From the NCBI GenBank assembly GCA_963780225.1, contig CAWAAX010000003.1, positions 24,193 to 88,192 on the forward strand: 64,000 nucleotides of DNA, given 5' to 3'. The DNA comes from an uncultured bacterium. GTDB taxonomy: Bacteria > Edwardsbacteria > AC1 > EtOH8. How positions within the stretch are numbered: position 1 is the stretch's first letter; every line of letters starts with the position of its first letter. Shown here piece after piece: positions 53,793 to 63,082 of the stretch. The notes under the pieces are model-generated. The model had not been told where the DNA came from. It searched no databases and saw nothing but the letters and a program-made list of their open reading frames with translations. Position numbers and translations under genes: made by a program.

Positions 53793-54752
53793 ATGAAGAA
53801 AACGATCATTTTATTCCTGACCCTAATGGCACTATGGGCTGGCCTGGCTGCGGCCGCTGTCCCGCCGGAGGGACCGGATTCGGTCTATGCCGGTATGTAT
53901 GTCAACAGGATTTATGACGTCTCCTTAAGGGATAATAAATTCTCGGCCGACTTCTACCTGTGGTTCCGCTGGAAAAACAAGGACTTGGATCCCATCAAAA
54001 GCTTTGAGATCGTGGGCGGGGAGAAGACCTTTCAGTCCGAGCCTTACCGGTCTAAAGACAATGATATCAACTACGCCTTCAGCCGGGTGACGGCGGTGAT
54101 GACTCAGCACTGGGAGGTCTCCGCCTTTCCCTTTGACGATCACGTGTTGACCGTGCAGATCGAGGACGGGGAGAGCGAGGCCGGGACCCTGGTCTATGTC
54201 CTGGACGCCGGAAACGTCGGCAAAAGCCCGGAAATAAAGATCCCCGGCTGGGCTTTGGACAAATTTTATTTCGGGGTGGTGCCCTATACCTATGCCACCA
54301 ATTACGGCGATCCTTTACTGCCGGCGGAAAACCAGTCGGTATTTTCCCGGTTTTACTGTTCGGTCAGGGTGATCCGGGCGGGCGCAGGCTATTTTATAAA
54401 ACTACTGTTCGGGATGTTCATCGCCGCTTTTATAGCCTTTCTGGCCTTCTTCATCAAGCCCACCGATCTGGATCCCAGATTTGGACTGGGAGTGGGCGGG
54501 ATCTTTGCGGCGGTGGCCAGCCAGTACGTGATAACCTCGTCCCTGCCGGACACCAATATCATGACCATAGCAGACCAACTGCACATAGCCACATTTATCT
54601 TTATCTTTCTGTCCATCGCCGAGTCTACCATTTCCCTGTGGTTGTTCAACTCAGGCCGGGAGCAAAGATCCGGAACCCTGGATCATTTCTGCCGCTATGC
54701 GGTGCCAATATCATACATGATCGTTTGCCTGATGATCACGCTTTTCCGGTAG
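53793..54752 (+). CDS. Prokaryotic pentameric ligand-gated ion channel (Cys-loop receptor homologue)
   Basis: Signal peptide. The extracellular beta-sandwich start is VYAGMYVNRIYDVSLRDNKFSADFYLWFRWKNKDL. After RFYCSVRVIRAGAGYF there are M1-M3 helices and a final M4. At 319 aa it is GLIC/ELIC-sized. Confidence 0.7.
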   Translation: MKKTIILFLTLMALWAGLAAAAVPPEGPDSVYAGMYVNRIYDVSLRDNKFSADFYLWFRWKNKDLDPIKSFEIVGGEKTFQSEPYRSKDNDINYAFSRVTAVMTQHWEVSAFPFDDHVLTVQIEDGESEAGTLVYVLDAGNVGKSPEIKIPGWALDKFYFGVVPYTYATNYGDPLLPAENQSVFSRFYCSVRVIRAGAGYFIKLLFGMFIAAFIAFLAFFIKPTDLDPRFGLGVGGIFAAVASQYVITSSLPDTNIMTIADQLHIATFIFIFLSIAESTISLWLFNSGREQRSGTLDHFCRYAVPISYMIVCLMITLFR

Positions 54753-54821
54753 GTCTTATGGCAGAAATTGTTCGTTTTTTACAATTGATGCCGCAGGGGA
54801 AACCGCTTAGGGGTCTGGCCC

Positions 54822-54850
54822 TTGATTTTTTGGGATTCGGGAATTATAAT
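54822..54850 (+). promoter_or_regulatory. Sigma70 promoter (TTGATT-17-TATAAT) for the M16 protease pair
   Basis: TTGATT at 54822-54827, a 17-nt spacer, TATAAT at 54845-54850. Confidence 0.6.
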
Positions 54851-54931
54851 TATCAAAGGGGTACTTCCCCATATGAAGTCCTATCAACTTCCGGTGCCAT
54901 TGGCGCACCTTACATCACTTAAGGAGGATAA

Positions 54932-56260
54932 ATGTCGAAGAAATTGATCCTGGTAATATTTTTTTTGGGTTTTAGCCTGAGCAATGTCCTGGCCCTGGAC
55001 ACTCTGGCGGTCCATGAGGACAGCCTGGCCAACGGCCTGAGGATACTGGTGCTGGAAAAACACGATCTGCCCATCGCCAGTTTCCAGGTTTGGTACCGGG
55101 TGGGTTCGCGAAATGAACGTCCGGGCATCACCGGGATCTCCCATTTATTGGAACACATGATGTTCAAAGCTTCAGGAAAGATAGGCCCGGATGATTTTAC
55201 CCGGATAGTGCAGAAATACGGAGGCCATAATAACGCCTTTACTTCCAAGGACTACACCGCCTATTACGAAAATATTGCAGTGGAGTTTTTGCCCCAGATG
55301 ATGGAATTGGAGGCCGGCCGGATGTACCAGCTTAAACTGGATTCTTTGGAATTCGAGTCGGAACGCAACGTAGTAATAGAAGAACGGCGGCTGAGGGAGA
55401 ACTCCCCCTGGGGGCGGCTGGCCGAGGAATCGGACGCTGCAGCCTTTATGGCGCATCCCTATGGCTGGCCGATCTTGGGTTGGCCGTCGAACCTGAGGAC
55501 CATTACCCTGAAAGACATGCGCCAGCATTATTCCACCTACTATGCTCCCAATAACGCCACGGTGGTGGTGGTAGGAGATGTGAATCCAAAAGAGATGGTC
55601 AAATCGGTCAATCAGTATTTCGGCCAAATACCACGGGGCCAGCAGGCCCCTCCCCTGGTGGCTACGGTGGAGCCGATTCAGGTGGGAGAACGCAGAGCCA
55701 GCGTGGTGCGCCAGGCCCAGATGCCCCTGATGCTTATAGCCTATCACGGCTGCCTGGCCGGGGAATACGACGAGGTGGCGCTGGATCTACTGTCAACCAT
55801 TCTCTCCGGAGGGGAAAGTGCCAGGCTTTATCAAAGCCTGATCTACCGGCAAAAACTGGCCCTTTACGCCGAGGCTTACAACGATGCCCGGACCGATCCT
55901 GGTCTGATAAGCTTTTACGCCGCTCCCATAGCCGGGCGGACCACCGCCGAACTGGAACAGGCCCTTTACGCCGAGCTGGACCTGGTAAAAACCCAGGGGG
56001 TTACCCCGGCGGAGTTGGCCAAGGCCAAGAGCCAGCTTAAGGCCCAATATATTTTTTCCCGGCAGAATAATTATCGTTTAGGCGAGCAGCTGGGATCGGC
56101 TGCTACTCGGCACGACTGGCGGGACATCAACAATTATCTCAAATATCTGGATAAAATAAAGGCTGAAGACATCAAACAGGCCGCGGTCAAATACCTGTCC
56201 CCGGAAAACAGAACCGTGACCACACTTGTTCCTCAGACAATAAAGGGCCAGGAGAAATAA
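54932..56260 (+). CDS. M16-family (pitrilysin) zinc peptidase, catalytic subunit
   Basis: HLLEHMMFK (HxxEH) motif; 442 aa. Confidence 0.85.
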   Translation: MSKKLILVIFFLGFSLSNVLALDTLAVHEDSLANGLRILVLEKHDLPIASFQVWYRVGSRNERPGITGISHLLEHMMFKASGKIGPDDFTRIVQKYGGHNNAFTSKDYTAYYENIAVEFLPQMMELEAGRMYQLKLDSLEFESERNVVIEERRLRENSPWGRLAEESDAAAFMAHPYGWPILGWPSNLRTITLKDMRQHYSTYYAPNNATVVVVGDVNPKEMVKSVNQYFGQIPRGQQAPPLVATVEPIQVGERRASVVRQAQMPLMLIAYHGCLAGEYDEVALDLLSTILSGGESARLYQSLIYRQKLALYAEAYNDARTDPGLISFYAAPIAGRTTAELEQALYAELDLVKTQGVTPAELAKAKSQLKAQYIFSRQNNYRLGEQLGSAATRHDWRDINNYLKYLDKIKAEDIKQAAVKYLSPENRTVTTLVPQTIKGQEK

Positions 56261-56261
56261 A

Positions 56262-57623
56262 ATGAAAAAAATATTTATTTTTACCATTCTTTCGGTTCTG
56301 ATGCTGATATCTTTTGCCGCCGCCCAGTCTGGCTGGCAGCCGCCCCGGCCCCAAAGGGTGACGCTGGGGAACGGCTTGGTTTTACTGGTGGTTCCAAAGA
56401 TCAGCCTGCCGTTGGTCACCGTAAGCGCCATGGTCAAAGGCGGCAGCGCCTCCGATCCCAAGGATCTAAGCGGGCTGGCGAATTTTACCGCCGGGATGCT
56501 TTCCAAGGGGACCACATCGCGCACCGCCCAGCAGATAGCCCAGAGTTTCGACCAGTCCGGGGCCCAGTTCTCAGTTAACTGCGATAACGACGCCTCGTAT
56601 TTTTCCCTGACCTGCCTGAGCCAGGATCTGGATAAACTGCTGCCGGTCTTTATGGATCTGCTGCAAAATCCCAGGATGGATTCCTCGGAAGCCGAAAGAC
56701 TGAGGGATCAATTGATCACTTCCATTCAGGCACAGCAAGACCAGCCCCAGACCGTCAGCCAATTGGCTTATGAAAAATTGCTGTACGGCCAGCACCAATA
56801 CAACCACCCGGTGGAAGGGGAAGAAGCCACGGTCAGCGCCATAAGATCAGGGGACCTGATCTCCTACCACAAAAAATATTTTGTTCCCAATAATGCCGTG
56901 ATCGCCATAGTGGGAGATGTGCATCCGGCCAAAATCGCAGGGCTCTTAAAAAAGCTGACCAAAACCTGGTTTAAATCAGAAACTCCGTCCACGGTCTTTG
57001 GCCAGATCCCCAAAATAGCCGGTCCGGGCCTGCAGATGATCCACCGGCCCATCACTCAGGCCTATGTGGTGCTGGGCTTTCTGGGCCCCAAACGTCTTGA
57101 TCCCGATTATCAGGCGGCCCGGGTAATGAATTATATTTTGGGCGGCGGAGGATTTGTTTCCCGCTTGGTTGCTAAGATCAGGGTGCAGCAGGGACTGGCT
57201 TACGATGTTTATTCTTATTTTTCTCCCCGGTTGGACTACGGACCATACACCTTTACCGTTCAGACCAAATGCCAGACCGCTGATACCGCCATTAAAACCA
57301 TGCTGGTGGAAATGGATCGTATCAAAAAAGAACCGGTTTCTGACCAGGAGTTGTCGGAGGCCAAAGCCTATTTCCGGGGCAGCTATCCCTTCCGCTATGA
57401 GACAAACGGACAGATCGCAGGACAAATATTGGGGGCCGAACTTTACGGGTTAAGCTCCGACCAGGTCATAAAGGATATGGAAGCGATACAAAAGATTACC
57501 AAAGAGGATCTTCTACAGGCCGCCCAACGTCTATTGAAGCCCCAGAACTACATTGTTACTATGGCCACAGATACGTCTCTGACCAAAATTAACGTTCCGG
57601 GATTGGCGATAGAAAAAAAATAG
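56262..57623 (+). CDS. M16-family peptidase, non-catalytic partner
   Basis: M16 fold blocks but no HxxEH (ANFTAGMLSKGT sits at the equivalent position); it starts 1 nt after the partner's stop. Confidence 0.8.
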   Translation: MKKIFIFTILSVLMLISFAAAQSGWQPPRPQRVTLGNGLVLLVVPKISLPLVTVSAMVKGGSASDPKDLSGLANFTAGMLSKGTTSRTAQQIAQSFDQSGAQFSVNCDNDASYFSLTCLSQDLDKLLPVFMDLLQNPRMDSSEAERLRDQLITSIQAQQDQPQTVSQLAYEKLLYGQHQYNHPVEGEEATVSAIRSGDLISYHKKYFVPNNAVIAIVGDVHPAKIAGLLKKLTKTWFKSETPSTVFGQIPKIAGPGLQMIHRPITQAYVVLGFLGPKRLDPDYQAARVMNYILGGGGFVSRLVAKIRVQQGLAYDVYSYFSPRLDYGPYTFTVQTKCQTADTAIKTMLVEMDRIKKEPVSDQELSEAKAYFRGSYPFRYETNGQIAGQILGAELYGLSSDQVIKDMEAIQKITKEDLLQAAQRLLKPQNYIVTMATDTSLTKINVPGLAIEKK

Positions 57624-57660
57624 AACCGGGTGATTTGCCCGGGAACTTCGCAGTAAAAAG

Positions 57661-57700
57661 AAAGGACAGGCTCCGCATTAATGTGGAGCCTGTCTTTTTA
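57661..57700. terminator. Bidirectional intrinsic terminator
   Basis: GACAGGCTCC (57665-57674) pairs with GGAGCCTGTC (57685-57694), flanked by AAA and TTTTT. Confidence 0.7.
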
Positions 57701-57730
57701 TTGACTAATATCTTATGAACGTTTAAGGAA

Positions 57731-58114
57731 TCAATGGCTTTCTTCACCATTGGATCCCAGGTCATCCAGGGTCATTTCCCGGAAAGTGGATTTTAACACC
57801 TGTCCCATCAGCGGGTCTTTTTCGATTTTTGATGGCGCTCCCAGCTCATCCAACGTGAACATCCGGGCTCCCACTCCGATCTTGGAGGCTGGATCGATCT
57901 CGACCGGCGGCTCAAAGCGGCGGGGGGCCTCCACCTGAACCTGGGGCTGGTTTTGGGCAGCCGGCTCGGCTGGAGCTTTGGTGTAGTGGGTGATGCCCAT
58001 GGCTTGCTCTGGAGATTTGTCCAGTTCCTTTGATTGCGGCAGGAGTTCCTTGAGCCGGCTGACCGGCCGTTCCGCATTCAGGGCCTGTTCTATTTTTTTT
58101 AATGCTTCGTCCAT
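57731..58114 (-). CDS. Hypothetical protein (low-complexity, Pro/Gln-rich centre)
   Basis: 127-aa ORF starting 3 nt after the stop of the upstream gene on the same strand; no recognisable domain. Confidence 0.4.
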   Translation of the reverse strand: MDEALKKIEQALNAERPVSRLKELLPQSKELDKSPEQAMGITHYTKAPAEPAAQNQPQVQVEAPRRFEPPVEIDPASKIGVGARMFTLDELGAPSKIEKDPLMGQVLKSTFREMTLDDLGSNGEESH

Positions 58115-58116
58115 TA

Positions 58117-59649
58117 TTATGTCCGCTTGGCCCGGTATATGGATATTTTACGCCTGGCTTCATCATTAGTGGGCTGAACCGCCAGCACCTTTTCCCAAGA
58201 CTTGATGGCCAGGTCAAATTTTTCCATTTCCTCGTAGGCCGTTCCCAGGTTCAGGTAAGCCAGAGAATAATCGGCCTGCCGGGCTATGGCCTGGTTGAAA
58301 TACTCCACCGCCTGCTGGTAATCCTTTTTCCCCTTGTAAAGGCAGCCCAGGTTGTTGTAGGCCTCGGGGGCTTCGGGCGAAAGCTCCACCGCTTTTTTGA
58401 AGGCGGCCACGGCCTCTTCCCGCCGTCCCTGATCGCTGATGGCCAGGCCCAGGTTGTTGTAAGCCTCGTAAAAATCCGGCCGGAGATCTATAGCTTTCTT
58501 GAATTGAGCTTCGGCCCCGGAGAGCTCCCGCCGGTAATAAAGCATCACGCCCCGGTCGTTGTTCTCCTCGGCCTGCCGTAGGCGGCGCTCGTTGCCGGCC
58601 TGGCGCTGTTCGTTGCGTTGAGCTTCCAAGACAGCCAGCAAGGCCTCCTGGGCCTGGGCCAGCCGCTGTTCCACTGCCTCCAGATTGCCGCCGCCAGCTG
58701 GCTTGCCTTCGGACAGATTTTTTAAACCGGAGCTCATTTGATCTAAAGTCAAAGACAGTTTGTTGGTTTGATCCGACTGCAGGGCCAGAGATTTCTCGGC
58801 CAGGATGGCCTGCTGTTCCTTAAGCTCCTGCTGGCCCTTGGCCAGGCTGGTCACGGCCTGGGTCAGGCTCAAATTCTGTTCCGTCTGGCGCTGGGTGTCC
58901 TCCAGCATCAGCTCCAGGATGCCGGTGAATTTTTCCTGGCTTTGGACCAGGGCCTCCTTGATGGCCGTCAATTGCGCTTCCGAACCGCCGCTTTCCGGGC
59001 GGCCCGTCAGAGCCTCCTTGATGGCATCCAGCTTGGCGCCCAGCTTGTCTCCGTCCTGGGCCTGCAGAACCTCCTGGGACGATCTTTTCTGCTGTTCCTC
59101 CAAGGTCAGCTCCAGGATGTCGCTGAACTTGGCCTGGGACATCTTAAGTTCCTCGGTCAGCCCGGCCAATAACTGATGGACCTGGGTCAGGTCGGCCTTG
59201 GGCAGTTCCGCCAGCTTGTCGCTGATCTGGGCCAGGGGTTGTTTCAACTCCGAGAGGTCCAAAGCCTGGCCTTCGCCTCCCTTGGCGGCCGGGGCGTTTT
59301 TGACGGCCTCGGCCAGCCGGTCGATGGCCTCGTTGGTGGCGTCGGTCTTCTTCAGTATATGGAGCAGGGTGGCGGCGGTGTTCTCCTTGATCTCCTTGAG
59401 CTCGGCCACCACCGAACCGGCTTTGCCGCCATCTTCCGGATGCTCATCGGTCTTCCGCATCTTCCGGTCTATCACCGGCAGCGAGCACCTTTGGGCATCG
59501 GCGTCGAATATCTCGCACTCGGCGCCCAGACAGTCCCGCAGCTCGGCCAAGGGGAGTTCTTTTTCCTCCAGCAGCTTGCCGTCGGCGTCGTACTTAAGTT
59601 CTTTGACCACCTGCTTGGATGTTAGGAACGGACACTTGTTCATCGGCAA
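58117..59649 (-). CDS. Cys-cluster / coiled-coil / TPR protein, unknown function
   Basis: The N-terminus has four Cys (CPFL...CLGAEC...RC). The internal duplicated blocks are SQAKFSDILELTLEEQQKRSSQ and SQEKFTGILELMLEDTQRQTEQ. TPR repeats follow at the C-terminus (YNNLG... x3). Confidence 0.6.
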   Translation of the reverse strand: MPMNKCPFLTSKQVVKELKYDADGKLLEEKELPLAELRDCLGAECEIFDADAQRCSLPVIDRKMRKTDEHPEDGGKAGSVVAELKEIKENTAATLLHILKKTDATNEAIDRLAEAVKNAPAAKGGEGQALDLSELKQPLAQISDKLAELPKADLTQVHQLLAGLTEELKMSQAKFSDILELTLEEQQKRSSQEVLQAQDGDKLGAKLDAIKEALTGRPESGGSEAQLTAIKEALVQSQEKFTGILELMLEDTQRQTEQNLSLTQAVTSLAKGQQELKEQQAILAEKSLALQSDQTNKLSLTLDQMSSGLKNLSEGKPAGGGNLEAVEQRLAQAQEALLAVLEAQRNEQRQAGNERRLRQAEENNDRGVMLYYRRELSGAEAQFKKAIDLRPDFYEAYNNLGLAISDQGRREEAVAAFKKAVELSPEAPEAYNNLGCLYKGKKDYQQAVEYFNQAIARQADYSLAYLNLGTAYEEMEKFDLAIKSWEKVLAVQPTNDEARRKISIYRAKRT

Positions 59650-59900
59650 AATTTCTCCATTATTGAAAGTTTAAGATAACATAAACTTAAGGCTAAGTCA
59701 ATATGTTTTTGCAATAATCTCATGACTGCCCAGACTATCCAATAGGGTAAAATGATTTTTTAATGATTTGCCTTGACTTTGTTTAAAAGCTGTTCTAAAC
59801 TTAACAATTGACGTTAAAACGGCACCCAGGCTTGCTTGGTTGCCATTCATGAGTAATCATAAATCCTTTTTAATCATTAAGCATCTAAATTAATAACAAC

Positions 59901-60461
59901 TTGATCTACGACGAAAACATCCTCATAGCACAGGCCCGGGCCGGAAGCCAGAGGGCCCTGTCCCAGATAGTGAAGCACCACCAGAACGGGGTCTATTCCC
60001 TGGCTCTGCGGATGATGGGCAACCGGGAGGACGCCGAGGACGTGCTGCAGGAGACCTTCCTGGCCTTTCACAAAAGCCTGCCCCGGTTCAAGGGGCTGTC
60101 CACCCTTTCCACCTATTTCTACCGGATGGCCACCAACTTCAGCCTGATGAAACTGAGGCAGAAGAGAACCCGGCGGCCCGAGCACCACACGGTAAATCTG
60201 GAGGAAGCCTTTGAAGAGCCGGACAGGAAACCGGACCCCATGCAGAGCACCCTGAACCTGGAACTCAAGAAAAAGCTGGACCAGGCTCTGATGCAACTGC
60301 CGGAAAAGGAGAGGGCGGTGTTCATCCTCCGGGACGTGGAGGATCTGCCGGGGGAAGAAGTGGCCAAAGTCTTAAAGATCAGCCTGCCGGCCATGAAGTC
60401 CAGGTTGCACCGGGCCCGGAATGTCTTAAAGGAAAAATTAACACCCTATATCAGGGGCTGA
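59901..60461 (+). CDS. ECF sigma factor
   Basis: Regions 2 and 4 are recognisable (VYSLALRMMGNREDAEDVLQETFL; EEVAKVLKISLPAMKSRLHRAR); TTG start as in the track. Confidence 0.85.
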   Translation: MIYDENILIAQARAGSQRALSQIVKHHQNGVYSLALRMMGNREDAEDVLQETFLAFHKSLPRFKGLSTLSTYFYRMATNFSLMKLRQKRTRRPEHHTVNLEEAFEEPDRKPDPMQSTLNLELKKKLDQALMQLPEKERAVFILRDVEDLPGEEVAKVLKISLPAMKSRLHRARNVLKEKLTPYIRG

Positions 60462-60466
60462 CCCAA

Positions 60467-60742
60467 ATGAGCACAATAAAGAAAAACGCAGAAAAACATC
60501 ATTGCCGGGGGATGGGGGCGGTATTCTCCCAATACCTTGACAAGGAGCTGGCCCAGCAGGTCTGCCGCAAGCTGGAGAAGCACCTTAAGGATTGCCCCGA
60601 CTGCCAGACCTATTTTGACACCCTAAAGAAAACTGTCACCCTATACCGGGGCCTGGGATCACAAAAGGTCCCGCCGGACGCCCAGCGCAGGCTGTACAAG
60701 GTCATCAGGCTGGAAGCCGGGAAAAAAGGCGCAAAAAAATGA
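60467..60742 (+). CDS. Soluble ZAS-type anti-sigma factor (RsrA-like)
   Basis: HLKDCPDCQ (HxxxCxxC) plus an upstream Cys (HHCRG); no TM segment; 91 aa. Confidence 0.7.
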   Translation: MSTIKKNAEKHHCRGMGAVFSQYLDKELAQQVCRKLEKHLKDCPDCQTYFDTLKKTVTLYRGLGSQKVPPDAQRRLYKVIRLEAGKKGAKK

Positions 60743-60814
60743 ATCCCCGGCGGCGGCCCCGGCATCTAAAATACAGATAACAAAAAAATTCAATATATGA
60801 ACAGGAGAGATACA

Positions 60815-61141
60815 ATGGCGGCAATCCATTTAACTGACGGCACCTTCGATCAGGAGGTTTTAAAATCCAACACTCCGGTGCTGGTTGACTTTTGGGCTTC
60901 ATGGTGCGGACCCTGCCGGATGGTGGGACCGGTGATAGAGGAATTGTCCAACGACTACCAGGGCAAGGTCAAGATCACTAAGCTGGACGTGGATGCCAAC
61001 CCGGGAAAGTCCGGCCAGTTCGGCATCCGCAGCATTCCCACCATGCTGATCTTCAAGAACGGCCAGGTCATAGACACGCTGATCGGCGCCATGCCCAAGG
61101 CGGCCATTGCCGCCCGGCTGGATGCGGCCATCACCAAGTGA
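60815..61141 (+). CDS. trxA: Thioredoxin
   Basis: WASWCGPCRM active site; start at MAAIHL with RBS AGGAGA. Confidence 0.9.
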   Translation: MAAIHLTDGTFDQEVLKSNTPVLVDFWASWCGPCRMVGPVIEELSNDYQGKVKITKLDVDANPGKSGQFGIRSIPTMLIFKNGQVIDTLIGAMPKAAIAARLDAAITK

Positions 61142-61194
61142 TCACGGAACCGATCCCCGGTAACACCAGGTAACCCTTAAAATGGAGGTTCATC

Positions 61195-61407
61195 ATGAAA
61201 AGGAACGAGAGCACAGCCGACCGGATAATACGGGCCATAATCGGAATAGCCCTGCTGGTATTTGGATTCATAGTAACCGGAACCCTGCAATGGGTATTGC
61301 TGGCCGCAGGGATACTGGCGGTATTCACGGCCATCACCGGGTTCTGCGGGCTGTACAAACTCCTGGGCATCAGCACCTATAAAGAGCAGGCCCCGCCCCA
61401 GAAATAA
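61195..61407 (+). CDS. DUF2892 (YgaP-like) membrane protein
   Basis: DRIIRAIIGIALLVFG...FTAITGFCGLYKLLGIS pattern. Confidence 0.75.
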   Translation: MKRNESTADRIIRAIIGIALLVFGFIVTGTLQWVLLAAGILAVFTAITGFCGLYKLLGISTYKEQAPPQK

Positions 61408-61446
61408 CCACCAAAATCAAAACCCTGTTCCCGCGAAAGGATAAAC

Positions 61447-61662
61447 ATGCCCATATACGAATACCAGTGCACCAAGTGCGGCAACAAGTTCGAAAACCTG
61501 ACCAACTCCTGCTGCGCCCCCAGCCCCAAGTGCCCCAAGTGCCAGGCGGACACCGAAAAGCTGATGTCCACCTTTGCCGCCTCGGTGGACGGAGGATCGG
61601 GCAGCCACGGCCATGACGGCGGGGGAAGCTGCTGCTCCGGCGGAGGCTGCAGCTGCGGCTGA
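61447..61662 (+). CDS. FmdB-family zinc-ribbon protein with a Gly/Cys-rich tail
   Basis: MPIYEYQCTKCGNKF...CPKCQ, with the tail GGGSCCSGGGCSCG. Confidence 0.8.
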   Translation: MPIYEYQCTKCGNKFENLTNSCCAPSPKCPKCQADTEKLMSTFAASVDGGSGSHGHDGGGSCCSGGGCSCG

Positions 61663-61858
61663 GGTCCTGGAATACTGCCATGAACAAACACCGGATCAGA
61701 AGATACCTTCTGTTCATCATCTCCCTGATCGCCCTGGCGGGCTTCGGGTCCCAGATCCTCCTGGGGATCATTCACGGCACTGCCTCACAATGCAGCGTTT
61801 CCGGGCCGTGCCGGTGAAAATACCTGAAGGGTAAAAACAAAATAGGCGTTAAAAACAC

Positions 61859-62056
61859 ATGATAGTCATCAGATCAGAATACTGCCCCCAGAACCACCAC
61901 TGCCCCTCCCTGAGGGTCTGCCCGGCCGGGGCCATCAAGCAAGACGGGGTCAAGGCCCCGTACATCGACCAGAAAAAATGCACCGATTGCGGACTCTGCG
62001 TCCAAAGCTGCCGGGTCTTCCAGCAGGTTGCCACCCCTTCGCCGGTCAATAAATGA
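61859..62056 (+). CDS. Small 4Fe-4S ferredoxin-like protein
   Basis: CTDCGLCVQSC (CxxCxxCxxxC) plus the N-terminal CPQNHHCPSLRVCP; ATGA overlap with the trxB start. Confidence 0.65.
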   Translation: MIVIRSEYCPQNHHCPSLRVCPAGAIKQDGVKAPYIDQKKCTDCGLCVQSCRVFQQVATPSPVNK

Positions 62057-62982
62057 GCGATATCAAAAATTACGACATAGCCATTCTGGGGGCCGGTCCG
62101 GCCGGGATGACCGCCGGGCTATATGCCGGGCGGGGCGGCCTTAAGGCCGTGATCATAGAAAAGATGATGCCCGGAGGCCTGGTGGCCAACACCGAGAAGA
62201 TAGACAATTACCCCGGCTTCCCCGAAGGCATATCAGGCTTTGAGCTGGCCCAGAAAATGGAACAGCAGGCCAAGAAGTTCGGGGCCGAGATCATCTCCGC
62301 CCAGGCGGAGTCCGTGGTGCCGGAAGACAAATACCAGCTGATAAAACTCTCCGACGGAACAACCATAAAATCAAAGGCCCTGATCATTGCCACCGGCGCC
62401 TTTCCCAAGACCCTGGGGGTGCGGGGCGAAAAGGAACTGCTGGGCAAGGGGGTCTCCTATTGCGCCATCTGCGACGGGGCCTTCTTCAAGAACCAGGCGG
62501 TGGCGGTGCTGGGCGGCGGCGATTCCGCGGTCCAGGAGGCGGTTTACCTGGCTGGCCTGGCCTCCAAGGTGACGGTGATCCACCGGCGCAATGTCTTGAG
62601 GGCGGCCGATTCCATCCAAAAGGTGGCCTTTGCCAACGATAAGATAGCTTTTGCCTGGAACAAGGAGATCCTGGCCATAGAAGGCAGCGCCGGGGTGACT
62701 GGCATCAAGGTCATGGACAAACAAACGCTTAAGGAAGAGGTGATCCCGGCCACCGGGGCCTTCATCTACGTGGGCTACAAACCCAGCAGCGATCTGGTCA
62801 AAGACATTCTTAAAACAGACGAACAGGGATACATCATCACCGACGACCGCATGGCCACCTCTGTTCCCGGCATCTATGCCTGCGGGGACGTCCGGCAGAA
62901 GCTGGTCCGGCAGGTCTCCAGCGCGGTGGGGGACGGCGCCACCGCCGCCATAGCCGCCCAGCAGTATCTGGAATTCAAGTAA
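62053..62982 (+). CDS. trxB: Thioredoxin-disulfide reductase
   Basis: GAGPAG FAD motif, redox CAICDG, GGGDSA and HRRNVLRA (NADPH-site HRRxxxR). Confidence 0.9.
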   Translation: MSDIKNYDIAILGAGPAGMTAGLYAGRGGLKAVIIEKMMPGGLVANTEKIDNYPGFPEGISGFELAQKMEQQAKKFGAEIISAQAESVVPEDKYQLIKLSDGTTIKSKALIIATGAFPKTLGVRGEKELLGKGVSYCAICDGAFFKNQAVAVLGGGDSAVQEAVYLAGLASKVTVIHRRNVLRAADSIQKVAFANDKIAFAWNKEILAIEGSAGVTGIKVMDKQTLKEEVIPATGAFIYVGYKPSSDLVKDILKTDEQGYIITDDRMATSVPGIYACGDVRQKLVRQVSSAVGDGATAAIAAQQYLEFK

Positions 62983-63082
62983 GCAACTCGGGACTGCCGC
63001 AGAGATCATAAAGTAAGGGCACGATTCGTCGTGCTCCAACAGTAACGGCCGATATATCGGCCCCAACCTAAGGAGAACCGTC

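Noticed and set aside
61680-61817. 45-aa ORF (MNKHRIRRYLLFIISLIALAGFG...CSVSGPCR) between the FmdB gene and the ferredoxin gene
   Set aside because: It has a plausible single TM helix but no Shine-Dalgarno sequence and no recognisable family. I left it unannotated pending conservation or expression data.
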